DNA from: an uncultured Acidimicrobiaceae bacterium
GTDB lineage: Bacteria > Actinomycetota > Acidimicrobiia > Acidimicrobiales > SZUA-35
NCBI GenBank assembly: GCA_964351995.1
Contig: CAYGQE010000001.1
Coordinates: 1 to 48,196 of the forward strand
DNA length: 48,196 nt
Reading direction: 5' to 3'
The notes under the pieces are model-generated. The model saw nothing but the letters and a program-made list of their open reading frames with translations. It was not told where the DNA came from and made no database searches. The position numbers and the translations under genes were made by a program. This document shows, piece by piece, positions 17,401 through 24,735 of the stretch; the stretch's first letter is position 1, and every line of letters starts with the position of its first letter.

Positions 17401-19470
17401 GACCGTGGGGTTCATGATGTCGACGCCACGCAGATCCTCGGGGTCATCGGCACCAGAGCCATCGAGGCCGGACCGCTCACGACGCCGAGTGATGTGCGGG
17501 CCAATGCCCAGGTCGTGTGGGCGGGGCTGGCCGATGCATCTCGCCACCTGTGGACCGATCGAGGTCGAGCCATCGCCACCGCAGGCGCAGGCCGGGCCAC
17601 GCTCGACCGGCTGGCCGAGGAGCTGGTCGACACAACCAACAGTGACCGGCGCATGGCCGACTATCTGCTGTCGGAACTCGTCCGTCCAGAGGGCTTCAGT
17701 TTCGCTCAATCCTCCCGAGCCGCTGATCAGATCGCCACCATGCGACGGGACAAGGCGTTCAAAGCGGTGCTCGAAGCGGCCAGAGCCGACGTCGTTGGCA
17801 TCCTCCCGGTCATCGCCGACGCCGTGCAACGAGCGATGCCAGACGAACGCCATGTCGTCCCCGAGATCGCCGTCGCCCTTGCCATTCCTGACCTCGAACG
17901 GCGCACCGTCGATGTCGAGCTCGGCTTCACCGTGGCCGGCCTCAACGGCCGCCACCCCACCATCGTCGACGGCAAGATGACCGGTCGGATCGACGATCTC
18001 CTCGACCAAGTCGCCCAGCACCGGGCAACGGTCCTGCCGATGCACCAGGCCTTTGCCGCTGCTCGGCGCGAAACCCTCGAAGGCTTGCGCAAGACGCTTC
18101 GAGTCGACGACCTCGAGCCCCGAGTGCCCGATGGTTTCGTCCGCAACCAGCTGATCGACCAGATCTACCTGCCGCTGATCGGCGACAACCTCGCCCGCCA
18201 GATCGGCACCGTCGATGACCAGGGTGGCCAGCGATCTGGGCTGTTGATGCTGCTGTCGCCTCCCGGCTACGGCAAGACCACGCTGGTCGAATACGTCGCC
18301 TCTCGCCTCGGCATGGCACTGGTGAAAGTGTCGGGCCCCGGCCTTGGTCACGAAGTCACCTCGCTCGACCCCGGCCAGGCGCCGAGCGCCACGGCGGCTC
18401 GTGAGATCGAACGGATCAACCTGGCCTTCGCCGTTGGCACCAACGTCATCTTGTATCTCGATGACATCCAACACACCGACCCCGAACTGCTGCAGCGCTT
18501 CATCTCGCTGTGTGACGCCCAGCGCAGGGTCGAGGGTGTGTGGAACGGCGAGAGCCGAACGTTCGACCTCCGAGGTAAGCGCTTCGCCGTGGTGATGGCG
18601 GGCAATCCCTACACCGAGTCCGGCGATCGGTTCCGCATTCCCGACATGCTCGCCAACCGCGCCGACACCTACAACTTGGGTGACGTGCTCTCGGGCAACG
18701 AAGACGTCTTCGCTCGCAGCTACATCGAGAACGCTCTCACGGCCAACCCCACGCTTGCTCCGCTGGCAGGTCGAAGCGCAGCCGATCTCCAGCTGTTCTT
18801 CCGGGCGGCTGAGGGTTCGCCGCTCGAAGAATCATCGCTCGAACACGGCTACTCCAGCGCAGAGTCGAGCGAGATCGTCACTGTCCTCGGCCACCTCATG
18901 CGAGTCCAAGAAGTCGTCCTGAAGGTCAATCGGCAGTACATCGCATCAGCGGCCACCGACGATCAGTACCGCACCGAACCACCGTTTCTGCTGCAGGGTT
19001 CGTATCGAAACATGGCCCGCATGGCGTCAAAGCTTCTTCCAGCAATGACCAACGCTGAAGTCGATCGCATCGTTGACGAGCACTACGTCGCCGAGTCCCA
19101 AGCGCTCACCGGTCAGGCAGAAGCGAACCTGCTGAAGCTCGGCTCGATGCGAGGAACGTTGACTGCCGAACACCAAGAGCGATGGGACGACATCCTGCGT
19201 GTGTTCCAGCGTCAACAGCGCCTCGGCGGCGACGACCGCGACCCCGCCACTCGCGTGGTCGCAGCAATCGAGCAGGTGGCGGAAACGCTGTCTCGCCAGA
19301 GCAGTCAGGGTTCACAGTCCAGCAAGCCGGCGGAGCCACCGGTGATCAACATCACCGTTCCCGCTCCCGTCGTGGTGTCGTCACTCCCCGACCCGGCCGA
19401 CGAACCCCTCGCCCCATCGATCGACCTGACGCCAGACGAAGGCCCCGAACCCCCCGACGACCCCCGCTGA
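14410..19470 (+). CDS. Giant 1686-aa protein: long N-terminal region of unknown function plus C-terminal AAA+ (P-loop) ATPase domain
   Basis: This is a single uninterrupted ORF. It has Walker A SPPGYGKTT, Walker B ILYLDDIQ, and an AAA_5/McrB/MoxR-like sensor segment MAGNPYTESGDRFRIPDMLANRADTYNL, at roughly residues 1270-1500. The N-terminal 1250 aa are a mixed beta-rich and long helical/coiled-coil region with no motif I can assign. The C-terminal tail is Pro/Ser-rich. The gene is co-directional with nfeD-floT, 82 nt downstream of floT. Confidence 0.8.
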   Translation: MTDTESSTIEEAPASSNEGISQGTYDLLRGRLEAAAKELVKRADALNARRLEAFGSAKLELLTTERVRTELNTIPRDIANIGSQMVMAYNAEVGVRSEVRPEDVFSVHHLEPGSEGDATLWFSPNPKGLDGSALDDDQFRRDFEELHTYFSQTKLEQLYAVGQKLLAVFRTGQGEGDLRVFRWEIGLDDQLTYLDARGDRDHRFPPSQDVSWTLSTRADHVNATHVGLGERVLIDPLGGSLVIQLADGGGDGSGTKLLSDRLDHADQSLQDCTIRWARAGDLMLIDVLPYGEVQHRYYIVNLLVDKAVRMDALGSAFRQLPDGQGLIFPEGIYLKTGEMRTFDVDSANAELLEVVRSPNGEDVLYVFHERTSGRSILLPYNVVRQEVAAPIWCHGHTVFDDGTLVVFREEPEPTRIHPMQVWSTPFGADEWYAQQPRTASNLDRIGNASLVSGIADALSLSRLIADVEPSTAIYTDLLLSASRFVDSHHWSGDETVGNLAESAHDIRVVAEQVIDEFERMQAVQAAAAAALAEAEAEALKITDDLRLSPPKTTEGFIDGLAAIRRQIGHLHTERERRGIDIARIDELITSTTEIHDTLAQQAAAHLAADGAFEPYHQQLTTLSNATPAAASSLEATETLEAVDALAESMDLVANTVSDLVVDDPRVRTSVLEQVAGVLAEMNRVRAGIEGKRDELIQNETGAAFATELGLFGQSIATAVSRANTPEACDDALARLLLQLEQLETAGPRTDDQVEELSTRRDQVTEALTSRRQQLVDDRQQRADRLIAAATRTLDRVAERAQTMPSADDVNAFFAADPMVGRVRKLVEDLRELGEPVRADELQSQLGASRDRAVRALRDRQDLFDGDAVKLGRFRFSVDDRTRELTLVPGEHHLQAVLTGTDLRLPIEDERLDAHKELWEQPLASETPKLYRSAFLAGDLLLTALSQFNSSEQLDGEISLTIPEPKIGTVDGAVTPGDTTALLDQVRSAVDRRLGEGYDRGVHDVDATQILGVIGTRAIEAGPLTTPSDVRANAQVVWAGLADASRHLWTDRGRAIATAGAGRATLDRLAEELVDTTNSDRRMADYLLSELVRPEGFSFAQSSRAADQIATMRRDKAFKAVLEAARADVVGILPVIADAVQRAMPDERHVVPEIAVALAIPDLERRTVDVELGFTVAGLNGRHPTIVDGKMTGRIDDLLDQVAQHRATVLPMHQAFAAARRETLEGLRKTLRVDDLEPRVPDGFVRNQLIDQIYLPLIGDNLARQIGTVDDQGGQRSGLLMLLSPPGYGKTTLVEYVASRLGMALVKVSGPGLGHEVTSLDPGQAPSATAAREIERINLAFAVGTNVILYLDDIQHTDPELLQRFISLCDAQRRVEGVWNGESRTFDLRGKRFAVVMAGNPYTESGDRFRIPDMLANRADTYNLGDVLSGNEDVFARSYIENALTANPTLAPLAGRSAADLQLFFRAAEGSPLEESSLEHGYSSAESSEIVTVLGHLMRVQEVVLKVNRQYIASAATDDQYRTEPPFLLQGSYRNMARMASKLLPAMTNAEVDRIVDEHYVAESQALTGQAEANLLKLGSMRGTLTAEHQERWDDILRVFQRQQRLGGDDRDPATRVVAAIEQVAETLSRQSSQGSQSSKPAEPPVINITVPAPVVVSSLPDPADEPLAPSIDLTPDEGPEPPDDPR

Positions 19471-19472
19471 AG

Positions 19473-19527
19473 TTGGGAGGGTCCGACCCCTCCCAACTGT
19501 TGCGTGGGAGGGGTCGGGTCCTCCCAA
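19473..19527. repeat. Tandem pair of the same GC-rich palindromic elements (copies 3a and 3b) filling a convergent intergenic gap
   Basis: Copy 3a at 19473-19496 is TTGGGAGGGTCCGACCCCTCCCAA, a variant with an 11-bp stem. Copy 3b at 19505-19527 is TGGGAGGGGTCGGGTCCTCCCAA, identical over 23 nt to copies 1 and 2. Together they lie between the stop of the giant gene (19468-19470) and the stop of osmC (19529-19531). Confidence 0.7.
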
Positions 19528-19528
19528 G

Positions 19529-20053
19529 TCAAGCCAGATCGATGGCGAGGGGGACGGCGCGGCTGAGGGTGTGACCGACCGGCGAGGTGCCGACGACTTT
19601 GGCGTGGAGCTCGGCTCGCTGTTCGTCGGTGGCGTTGCTGTCGAGGTTGACCTTCACCCGAATGGCCTCGTAGCCGGCGTTGCCCTCGGGGTTGAGCCCA
19701 AGGAACGTGTGTAGGTCGAGGTCACCCTCGAGCTCGATCGAGAGATCGTTGATCTCGATTCCGGAGGCGGTGGCGTTCGCGGCGTAGCCAACCGCAAGGC
19801 AATTCCCGAGCGCTCCGAGCAGTTGTTCGACGGGGTTGGGGCCGGTGTCGGCGCCACCCAGCGATGTCGGCTCATCGGAATGGATCGGAGCAAAATCACG
19901 GATTGAGGCGCTCGACCGGAACCCTTCGTGCCACTGAACTTTGGCGTTCCACATGGTCGATGCAAGCTCAGGCGACTCTTGGATCTTGTTCGCCAACCCA
20001 GCGACGGCGGCGATGTCCACGTTGTTGGTCTGAGTGGTTCCAGTTGCGGTCAT
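19529..20053 (-). CDS. OsmC/Ohr-family peroxiredoxin-like protein
   Basis: The family core GPNPVEQLLGALGNC is present, and length is about 175 aa. ATG at 20053 with a GGGGAG RBS. Confidence 0.8.
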   Translation of the reverse strand: MTATGTTQTNNVDIAAVAGLANKIQESPELASTMWNAKVQWHEGFRSSASIRDFAPIHSDEPTSLGGADTGPNPVEQLLGALGNCLAVGYAANATASGIEINDLSIELEGDLDLHTFLGLNPEGNAGYEAIRVKVNLDSNATDEQRAELHAKVVGTSPVGHTLSRAVPLAIDLA

Positions 20054-20077
20054 GGTGACTCCCCTTGGTCAAACTCT

Positions 20078-20096
20078 CTAATCCCGATCGGATTAG
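20078..20096. promoter_or_regulatory. AT-rich imperfect palindrome CTAATCC-cgatc-GGATTAG upstream of osmC (candidate operator)
   Basis: A 7-5-7 inverted repeat lies 25-43 nt upstream of the osmC start. It is conspicuously AT-rich for this genome. Confidence 0.3.
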
Positions 20097-20193
20097 TCAA
20101 CATTCAACCAAGCGAAGCGACAAGCAACAACGTGGGGTCCGCAGTGCACAACTTCGCGAAGGTGGGAGCTGAGAGCCCCAGCGAGCAACTCCG

Positions 20194-21228
20194 TCAGGAA
20201 CCCGCAGGGTTCCCGTAAGCGGAGCGAGCGGTGGTGACTTCGGCGCCGCGTTCTTCTGGTTCGTCGTCGAGCAGTTCAGCTGGGAACCCCGGCGCTGTGA
20301 CGGAGACACCGGTGGCGTCTTCGAGCCGACGGATCACGTTCGGCGACCACTCGCGATCGCCGTAGCGCGCAGCGGCATCTTCGAAGATGTTGATCATGAG
20401 CGGGTTCATCTCGAGCGGGACACCAACGTCGTCGGCAATCGACTGGAAGAGCCCGATGTCCTTCAACACGAGATCCATCGTGAAGCTGATGTCGCGACCG
20501 CCATTGAGAATGACCTGCCCCTCGGTCTCGTGGACGAACGAATTGCCGCTGGAGATTCGGAACGCCTCGTACGTCGTGGCCAAATCGATGCCTGCGGCAG
20601 CCATCGTCGTGAGCGCTTCTGTGACGGCGATCAAGTTGGCGGTGGCGAGATAGTTGGTTGCCACCTTCAGGATCGATGCCGACCCGAGGTCGCCAGTGTG
20701 AAGCACCCGCCGACCCAGGATCGTGAGCAAGGGAAGCACGCGGTCGAAGGTGGCTCGGTCGGTGCCAGCAAAAACCGAGATGTTGCCGGTGGCGGCTCGA
20801 TGGCAGCCGCCCGAGACGGGACAGTCGACAGCGGCGCCACCGGCTGCCGCAACGAGCGCTCCGAGCCGGGTGATCTCGGACGAATCAGTCGTCGACATCT
20901 CGAGCCAGACCGTGCCCGGACGCAACGCCGACAACACGCCGTCGTCAGCCTCCATCACCGCTGCTGAAGCAGCGGGTGACGGAAGGCAGGTGATGATCAC
21001 ATCGCAACGTTCCGCCAACTCAGCGGGTGATGAAGCAGCCGTTGCACCGTCGGCCACGAACGACGCCACGAGGTCGACGTCGAGGTCGCGAACCACGAGG
21101 TCGACACCATTGCGCAGCAGCGAACCAGCGAGCTTGCCACCGACGTTGCCCAGGCCGACAAAGCCAACGGTCGTGGACATCAGATCGGGGGAATGCAGAT
21201 CAATGTCGTTCGAATCCGTGGTGTTCAT
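20194..21228 (-). CDS. NAD(P)-dependent beta-hydroxyacid dehydrogenase (3-hydroxyisobutyrate / 6-phosphogluconate dehydrogenase family)
   Basis: A Rossmann motif VGFVGLGNVGG and family-typical downstream segments are present. The start is chosen at ATG 21228, which overlaps the upstream stop as ATGA. An alternative ATG is at 21180. Confidence 0.75.
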   Translation of the reverse strand: MNTTDSNDIDLHSPDLMSTTVGFVGLGNVGGKLAGSLLRNGVDLVVRDLDVDLVASFVADGATAASSPAELAERCDVIITCLPSPAASAAVMEADDGVLSALRPGTVWLEMSTTDSSEITRLGALVAAAGGAAVDCPVSGGCHRAATGNISVFAGTDRATFDRVLPLLTILGRRVLHTGDLGSASILKVATNYLATANLIAVTEALTTMAAAGIDLATTYEAFRISSGNSFVHETEGQVILNGGRDISFTMDLVLKDIGLFQSIADDVGVPLEMNPLMINIFEDAAARYGDREWSPNVIRRLEDATGVSVTAPGFPAELLDDEPEERGAEVTTARSAYGNPAGS

Positions 21229-21830
21229 GCGACGAGTTTGCCTGGTCCAGCAGCGATCACCGCGGGATCCCACGGGGTTCGAGCGAACACTTCCTGCACC
21301 TCGTCGACAAACGATGCGAGCGAGTCGATCGGGCCGTCCGGGTCGAACGAGTTCTGGTCCCATTGTGCGCAGAAGTCGGCGCAGAGTTCGAACCAAGGGT
21401 GGCCGGCGAATGCGTCCCGACCATTGCGATCACCGCCGAGGTGATGCGAGTAGTAGTAGCTCTGGAACACACCGTGCTGCTCGATCACCCAGCTCACCTC
21501 CTCCCGAACGTACGGACGCAACACACTGGCGGCATATTCGGCGTGGTTGTACGGAGCGAGCGCATCGCCGATGTCGTGCAAAAGGGTGGCAACAACCCAG
21601 TCGATGTCGGCTCCGGCCCGCCGGGCGCGAGTAGCGCTCTGTAGCGAGTGCTGCCGACGAGTGATCTGGTAGCCGTCGAGCGAGTCTTCGAGCCCAGCCA
21701 GTTCAGCAATCAAGCGGTCGGCCAGACCAGCGGCCGCCTTTCGTTCGAATCGATCGAGCATCGCGTAGTCAGCGGCGGTGCCGTGCTGCATCTCGGTGAA
21801 GGACACAGTGGTGTGTTCGGTCGAGGTCAT
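21225..21830 (-). CDS. PhnZ-family HD-domain oxygenase (mixed-valent diiron, C-P bond cleaving type)
   Basis: The protein is 201 aa. It has the HD motif LLHDIGD plus upstream QHSLQ, RAGAD and downstream EQHGV, which match the metal-ligand pattern of PhnZ/MIOX-type HD oxygenases. The start overlaps the upstream gene's stop. Confidence 0.7.
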   Translation of the reverse strand: MTSTEHTTVSFTEMQHGTAADYAMLDRFERKAAAGLADRLIAELAGLEDSLDGYQITRRQHSLQSATRARRAGADIDWVVATLLHDIGDALAPYNHAEYAASVLRPYVREEVSWVIEQHGVFQSYYYSHHLGGDRNGRDAFAGHPWFELCADFCAQWDQNSFDPDGPIDSLASFVDEVQEVFARTPWDPAVIAAGPGKLVA

Positions 21831-23020
21831 GCGGTGCTCTCATTTCGGGCGGCCAGGATCCATTCGGTGATGGGGCCGTCGTGGTCGATGTAGCACCCTT
21901 GCAAATGTCGATGGCCGAGGGTGGGATCGAAGGATGTCCGGCCGTGGAGCACCCGGTGATTGTCGACCACCAGGGTGTCGCCAGCGGACATGCGGTACTC
22001 GAGCTGGCGACTCGGATCGTTGAGCACCTCAGCGAGCCAGCGCCGTCCCCGGTAATAGATGTCGAGCGTCTTCCGATTGGCCAGCGGTGCGAAGTCGAGG
22101 CGAGGTGAGAATCGCAGTTGGCGAAACGATCCGTCCAGGTGACGCTCGATCAGCGGCGCTCGATGCACCTTCACATCCGTGCCGATGTCGTAGCGAAACT
22201 CCACCGGCAACGAACACAACAACTCGTACGCCTCCGGGTCGGCGACGGCCAGATCGTCAACCGCCGCTCGCCCGTCGACCATCGTCGAAGCGCCGCCGGG
22301 TGCATCGTTCACGATGGTGTGAAGGAATTGCAGCCCCGGTGCGGGCGCCCGGTACGGCTGATCGGTGTGGGCCGACAATGCCACCGGGGTGTAGGCAAGA
22401 TCGACCGCCATCGGTTCGGTGCGGACATCGAACAGCACGCCGAAGTTGGTCGCTGAGATCCGTCCAAAGTGCGAAGTGATCTCGTGCAGGGCACCGGGAA
22501 CTGCGGGAGTTCCGCGCAGCACGAAGAAGCCAAGCTCGAAGAAGGCGGTGAGCGCATGACGCTTTGCCGCGATCGCCACATCGACATGATCACCGGCGAT
22601 GGCACCGAAGTCGATGACCGGCACGTCGGTGCTGGCGGCCCGCCACGGAACCGCAGCGGGCGGCCCTTCCCTCTCGACACGTCGATGCTCCAGCGCTCGA
22701 ATCGTCGAGAGCGGCAAACACATCGCGTGTCCATCGGTGAACGTGACTTCGAGCTGCTGGTCGCACGTCAGGCCCGCTCGTACGACCTGCAGGTCGACGC
22801 TGATGTCTGTCGGTTCGATCAGACGCTGGCCGTTGACCGGATCGACAGCGTCCATCGATGTCGAACGCTCCCGCAACCACAACGGGTGGAGATCGATGAG
22901 CTCACAACCCCACCGGAGCAGCACACCACCGTCAACGACACGTACCTCGACACTTCCACGCACCAACACGCCACGATCATCGGTGCAGATGGATCGGCTG
23001 TACAGCCGCCGAGTTGGCAA
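21827..23020 (-). CDS. Fe(II)/2-oxoglutarate dioxygenase of the gamma-butyrobetaine-hydroxylase/TauD family (PhnY*/TmpA-like) with N-terminal DUF971-like domain
   Basis: An N-terminal Cys/His/Trp-containing segment (LRWGCELIDLHPLWLRER) resembles the gBBH N-domain. The C-terminal part carries a TauD-like HxD...H facial triad region (HTDQPY...HGR). The start is uncertain: it is a TTG at 23020, and internal GTG starts are possible. Confidence 0.65.
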   Translation of the reverse strand: MPTRRLYSRSICTDDRGVLVRGSVEVRVVDGGVLLRWGCELIDLHPLWLRERSTSMDAVDPVNGQRLIEPTDISVDLQVVRAGLTCDQQLEVTFTDGHAMCLPLSTIRALEHRRVEREGPPAAVPWRAASTDVPVIDFGAIAGDHVDVAIAAKRHALTAFFELGFFVLRGTPAVPGALHEITSHFGRISATNFGVLFDVRTEPMAVDLAYTPVALSAHTDQPYRAPAPGLQFLHTIVNDAPGGASTMVDGRAAVDDLAVADPEAYELLCSLPVEFRYDIGTDVKVHRAPLIERHLDGSFRQLRFSPRLDFAPLANRKTLDIYYRGRRWLAEVLNDPSRQLEYRMSAGDTLVVDNHRVLHGRTSFDPTLGHRHLQGCYIDHDGPITEWILAARNESTA

Positions 23021-23023
23021 GCT

Positions 23024-23044
23024 GCCATACTCTCAAAGCATGGC
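23024..23044. promoter_or_regulatory. LysR-type T-N11-A box GCCAT-N11-ATGGC in the divergent intergenic region
   Basis: GCCAT at 23024-23028, an 11-nt spacer, and ATGGC at 23040-23044. It lies between the dioxygenase start (23020, -) and the lysR start (23072, +). Confidence 0.4.
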
Positions 23045-23071
23045 TCTCTCGATTCGGTGGCGAACCTCGAC

Positions 23072-23977
23072 ATGAGACCACTCGTGCGATCGGTCGATCG
23101 GCTTCAGCGGCTGGCCACATTCGAAGCGGCGGCACGGTTGGGCAGCTTCTCGGCTGCCGGGCGCGAACTCGGGCTGGCCCAACCAGCGGTGACCAGGCAA
23201 ATTCAGGCTCTCGAGCGAGCACTCGACGTCTCGCTCTTCGAGCGTCACGCCAATCGCAGCACCTTGACCGACGCCGGTCATCTCCTCGCCGACAGTCTCG
23301 ACATCAGCTTCGGTGCGCTCGAACACACGCTCGACGAGATCGCGCGCGTCGACGACACCTTCGTCCTTGCCATGCCGCCCGGCTTTGCCCAGCAACTGAT
23401 CGTTCCCCGGCTCGATGAGCTCCAACGGGCCCTCGGCGATCGGGATCTCCGGCTTTGGCTCTATGACCGAGAGGCAGAACTGGGACACAGTTCGTTTGAC
23501 GCCGCTGTCCGGGTCGGGACAGGAGATTGGGCTGGCTTCGACTGCCAGTTCCTTCTGGCCGAGGTCGTGCTTCCTGTCTCGACTCCAGCCGTCGCCGAGC
23601 AGTGGGGACTTGGCCCTGAGAGTACAGCCGATGATGTCCTGCGGGCCCCGCTACTGCACATGGACGCCGCCGACCGGCCATGGCTGTCGTGGTCAGACTG
23701 GCTGGCCACGTTCGGTCTCGCCCTCACACCTGGGCGGCGCCGAGTGGTCTTCAACAACTACCCGTCGGTGCTGCAGCAGGTCGTCAGCGGTCAAGGCGTT
23801 GCGCTGGCATGGTCAGGTCTCACTGATCAACTGATCGCCGATGACGTACTGACGATCGTTGGGCCATCGGTCGCCTCGGACCGGGCGTACCACGTCACCT
23901 GGAAGCATGGCCGTCGAACCGCAGCGGTGGATTCGGTCAGCACATGGCTGGCCGAGACCGTCGCTCGCCCAGAGTGA
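23072..23977 (+). CDS. LysR-family transcriptional regulator
   Basis: An N-terminal wHTH (LQRLATFEAAARLGSFSAAGRELGLAQPAVTRQIQALE) and a LysR substrate-binding domain are present. The start is at the internal ATG 23072, because the long track ORF is antisense overlap. Confidence 0.85.
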   Translation: MRPLVRSVDRLQRLATFEAAARLGSFSAAGRELGLAQPAVTRQIQALERALDVSLFERHANRSTLTDAGHLLADSLDISFGALEHTLDEIARVDDTFVLAMPPGFAQQLIVPRLDELQRALGDRDLRLWLYDREAELGHSSFDAAVRVGTGDWAGFDCQFLLAEVVLPVSTPAVAEQWGLGPESTADDVLRAPLLHMDAADRPWLSWSDWLATFGLALTPGRRRVVFNNYPSVLQQVVSGQGVALAWSGLTDQLIADDVLTIVGPSVASDRAYHVTWKHGRRTAAVDSVSTWLAETVARPE

Positions 23978-24045
23978 GCGGACAAGAGTCCCGAGATTCC
24001 GGACGGGGCACCTGCGTCGAGAGGCCACCTTCGTAGGGTGCCGAC

Positions 24046-24714
24046 ATGGCCAAACTCATCGACCTCAGCCACGTGATCACCGACGGTATGACCACCTACC
24101 CAGGGCTGCCCGAGCCCACCGTGGCCGACCACCTCACTCGCGAGACAGCCGAGCAGATCTACGGCCCCGGCATCACATTCCAGATCGGTCTGATCACGAT
24201 GTGCACGAACACCGGGACCTATCTCGACGTGCCGTTCCACCGCTTCGCCGATGGCCATGACCTCACCCAGTTGAAGCTCGAGCGAGTTGCCGCAGTGCCT
24301 GCAGTGCACCTCGATCGGCGAAGCGATCTGATTGACGGCAACCGAGCGATCGAACTGACAGACGAAGACCTCAGCAGCGTTGCCGGCCACGCCGTGCTCA
24401 TCCAGACCGGGCACGCTGCCCACTGGGGCACCGACGCCTACTTCGTCGATCATCCATACATCACCAAAGCGTCCGCCGAGGCTCTCGTGCGGGCAGGCGT
24501 TGCCTGCGTGGGCATCGACACCCTCAACATCGACAGCACCGACGGCGGCGAGCGACCGGTGCACACGACGCTGCTCGGCTCAGAGATTCCGATCATCGAA
24601 CATCTCGTTCATCTCGAGCAGTTGCCGGCTAGCGGGTTCACCTTCACCGCCGTGCCGCCCAAGATCCAAGGAGCCGGAACGTTCACGGTCAGAGCCTTCG
24701 CAACAGTCGGCTGA
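24046..24714 (+). CDS. Cyclase-family protein (kynurenine-formamidase-like metal-dependent hydrolase)
   Basis: A putative-cyclase-family segment NTGTYLDVPFH (the HxGTHxDxPxH-type region) is present, and length is about 220 aa. Confidence 0.75.
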   Translation: MAKLIDLSHVITDGMTTYPGLPEPTVADHLTRETAEQIYGPGITFQIGLITMCTNTGTYLDVPFHRFADGHDLTQLKLERVAAVPAVHLDRRSDLIDGNRAIELTDEDLSSVAGHAVLIQTGHAAHWGTDAYFVDHPYITKASAEALVRAGVACVGIDTLNIDSTDGGERPVHTTLLGSEIPIIEHLVHLEQLPASGFTFTAVPPKIQGAGTFTVRAFATVG

Positions 24715-24735
24715 TCAACTTCAGGCGCTCGAGCA

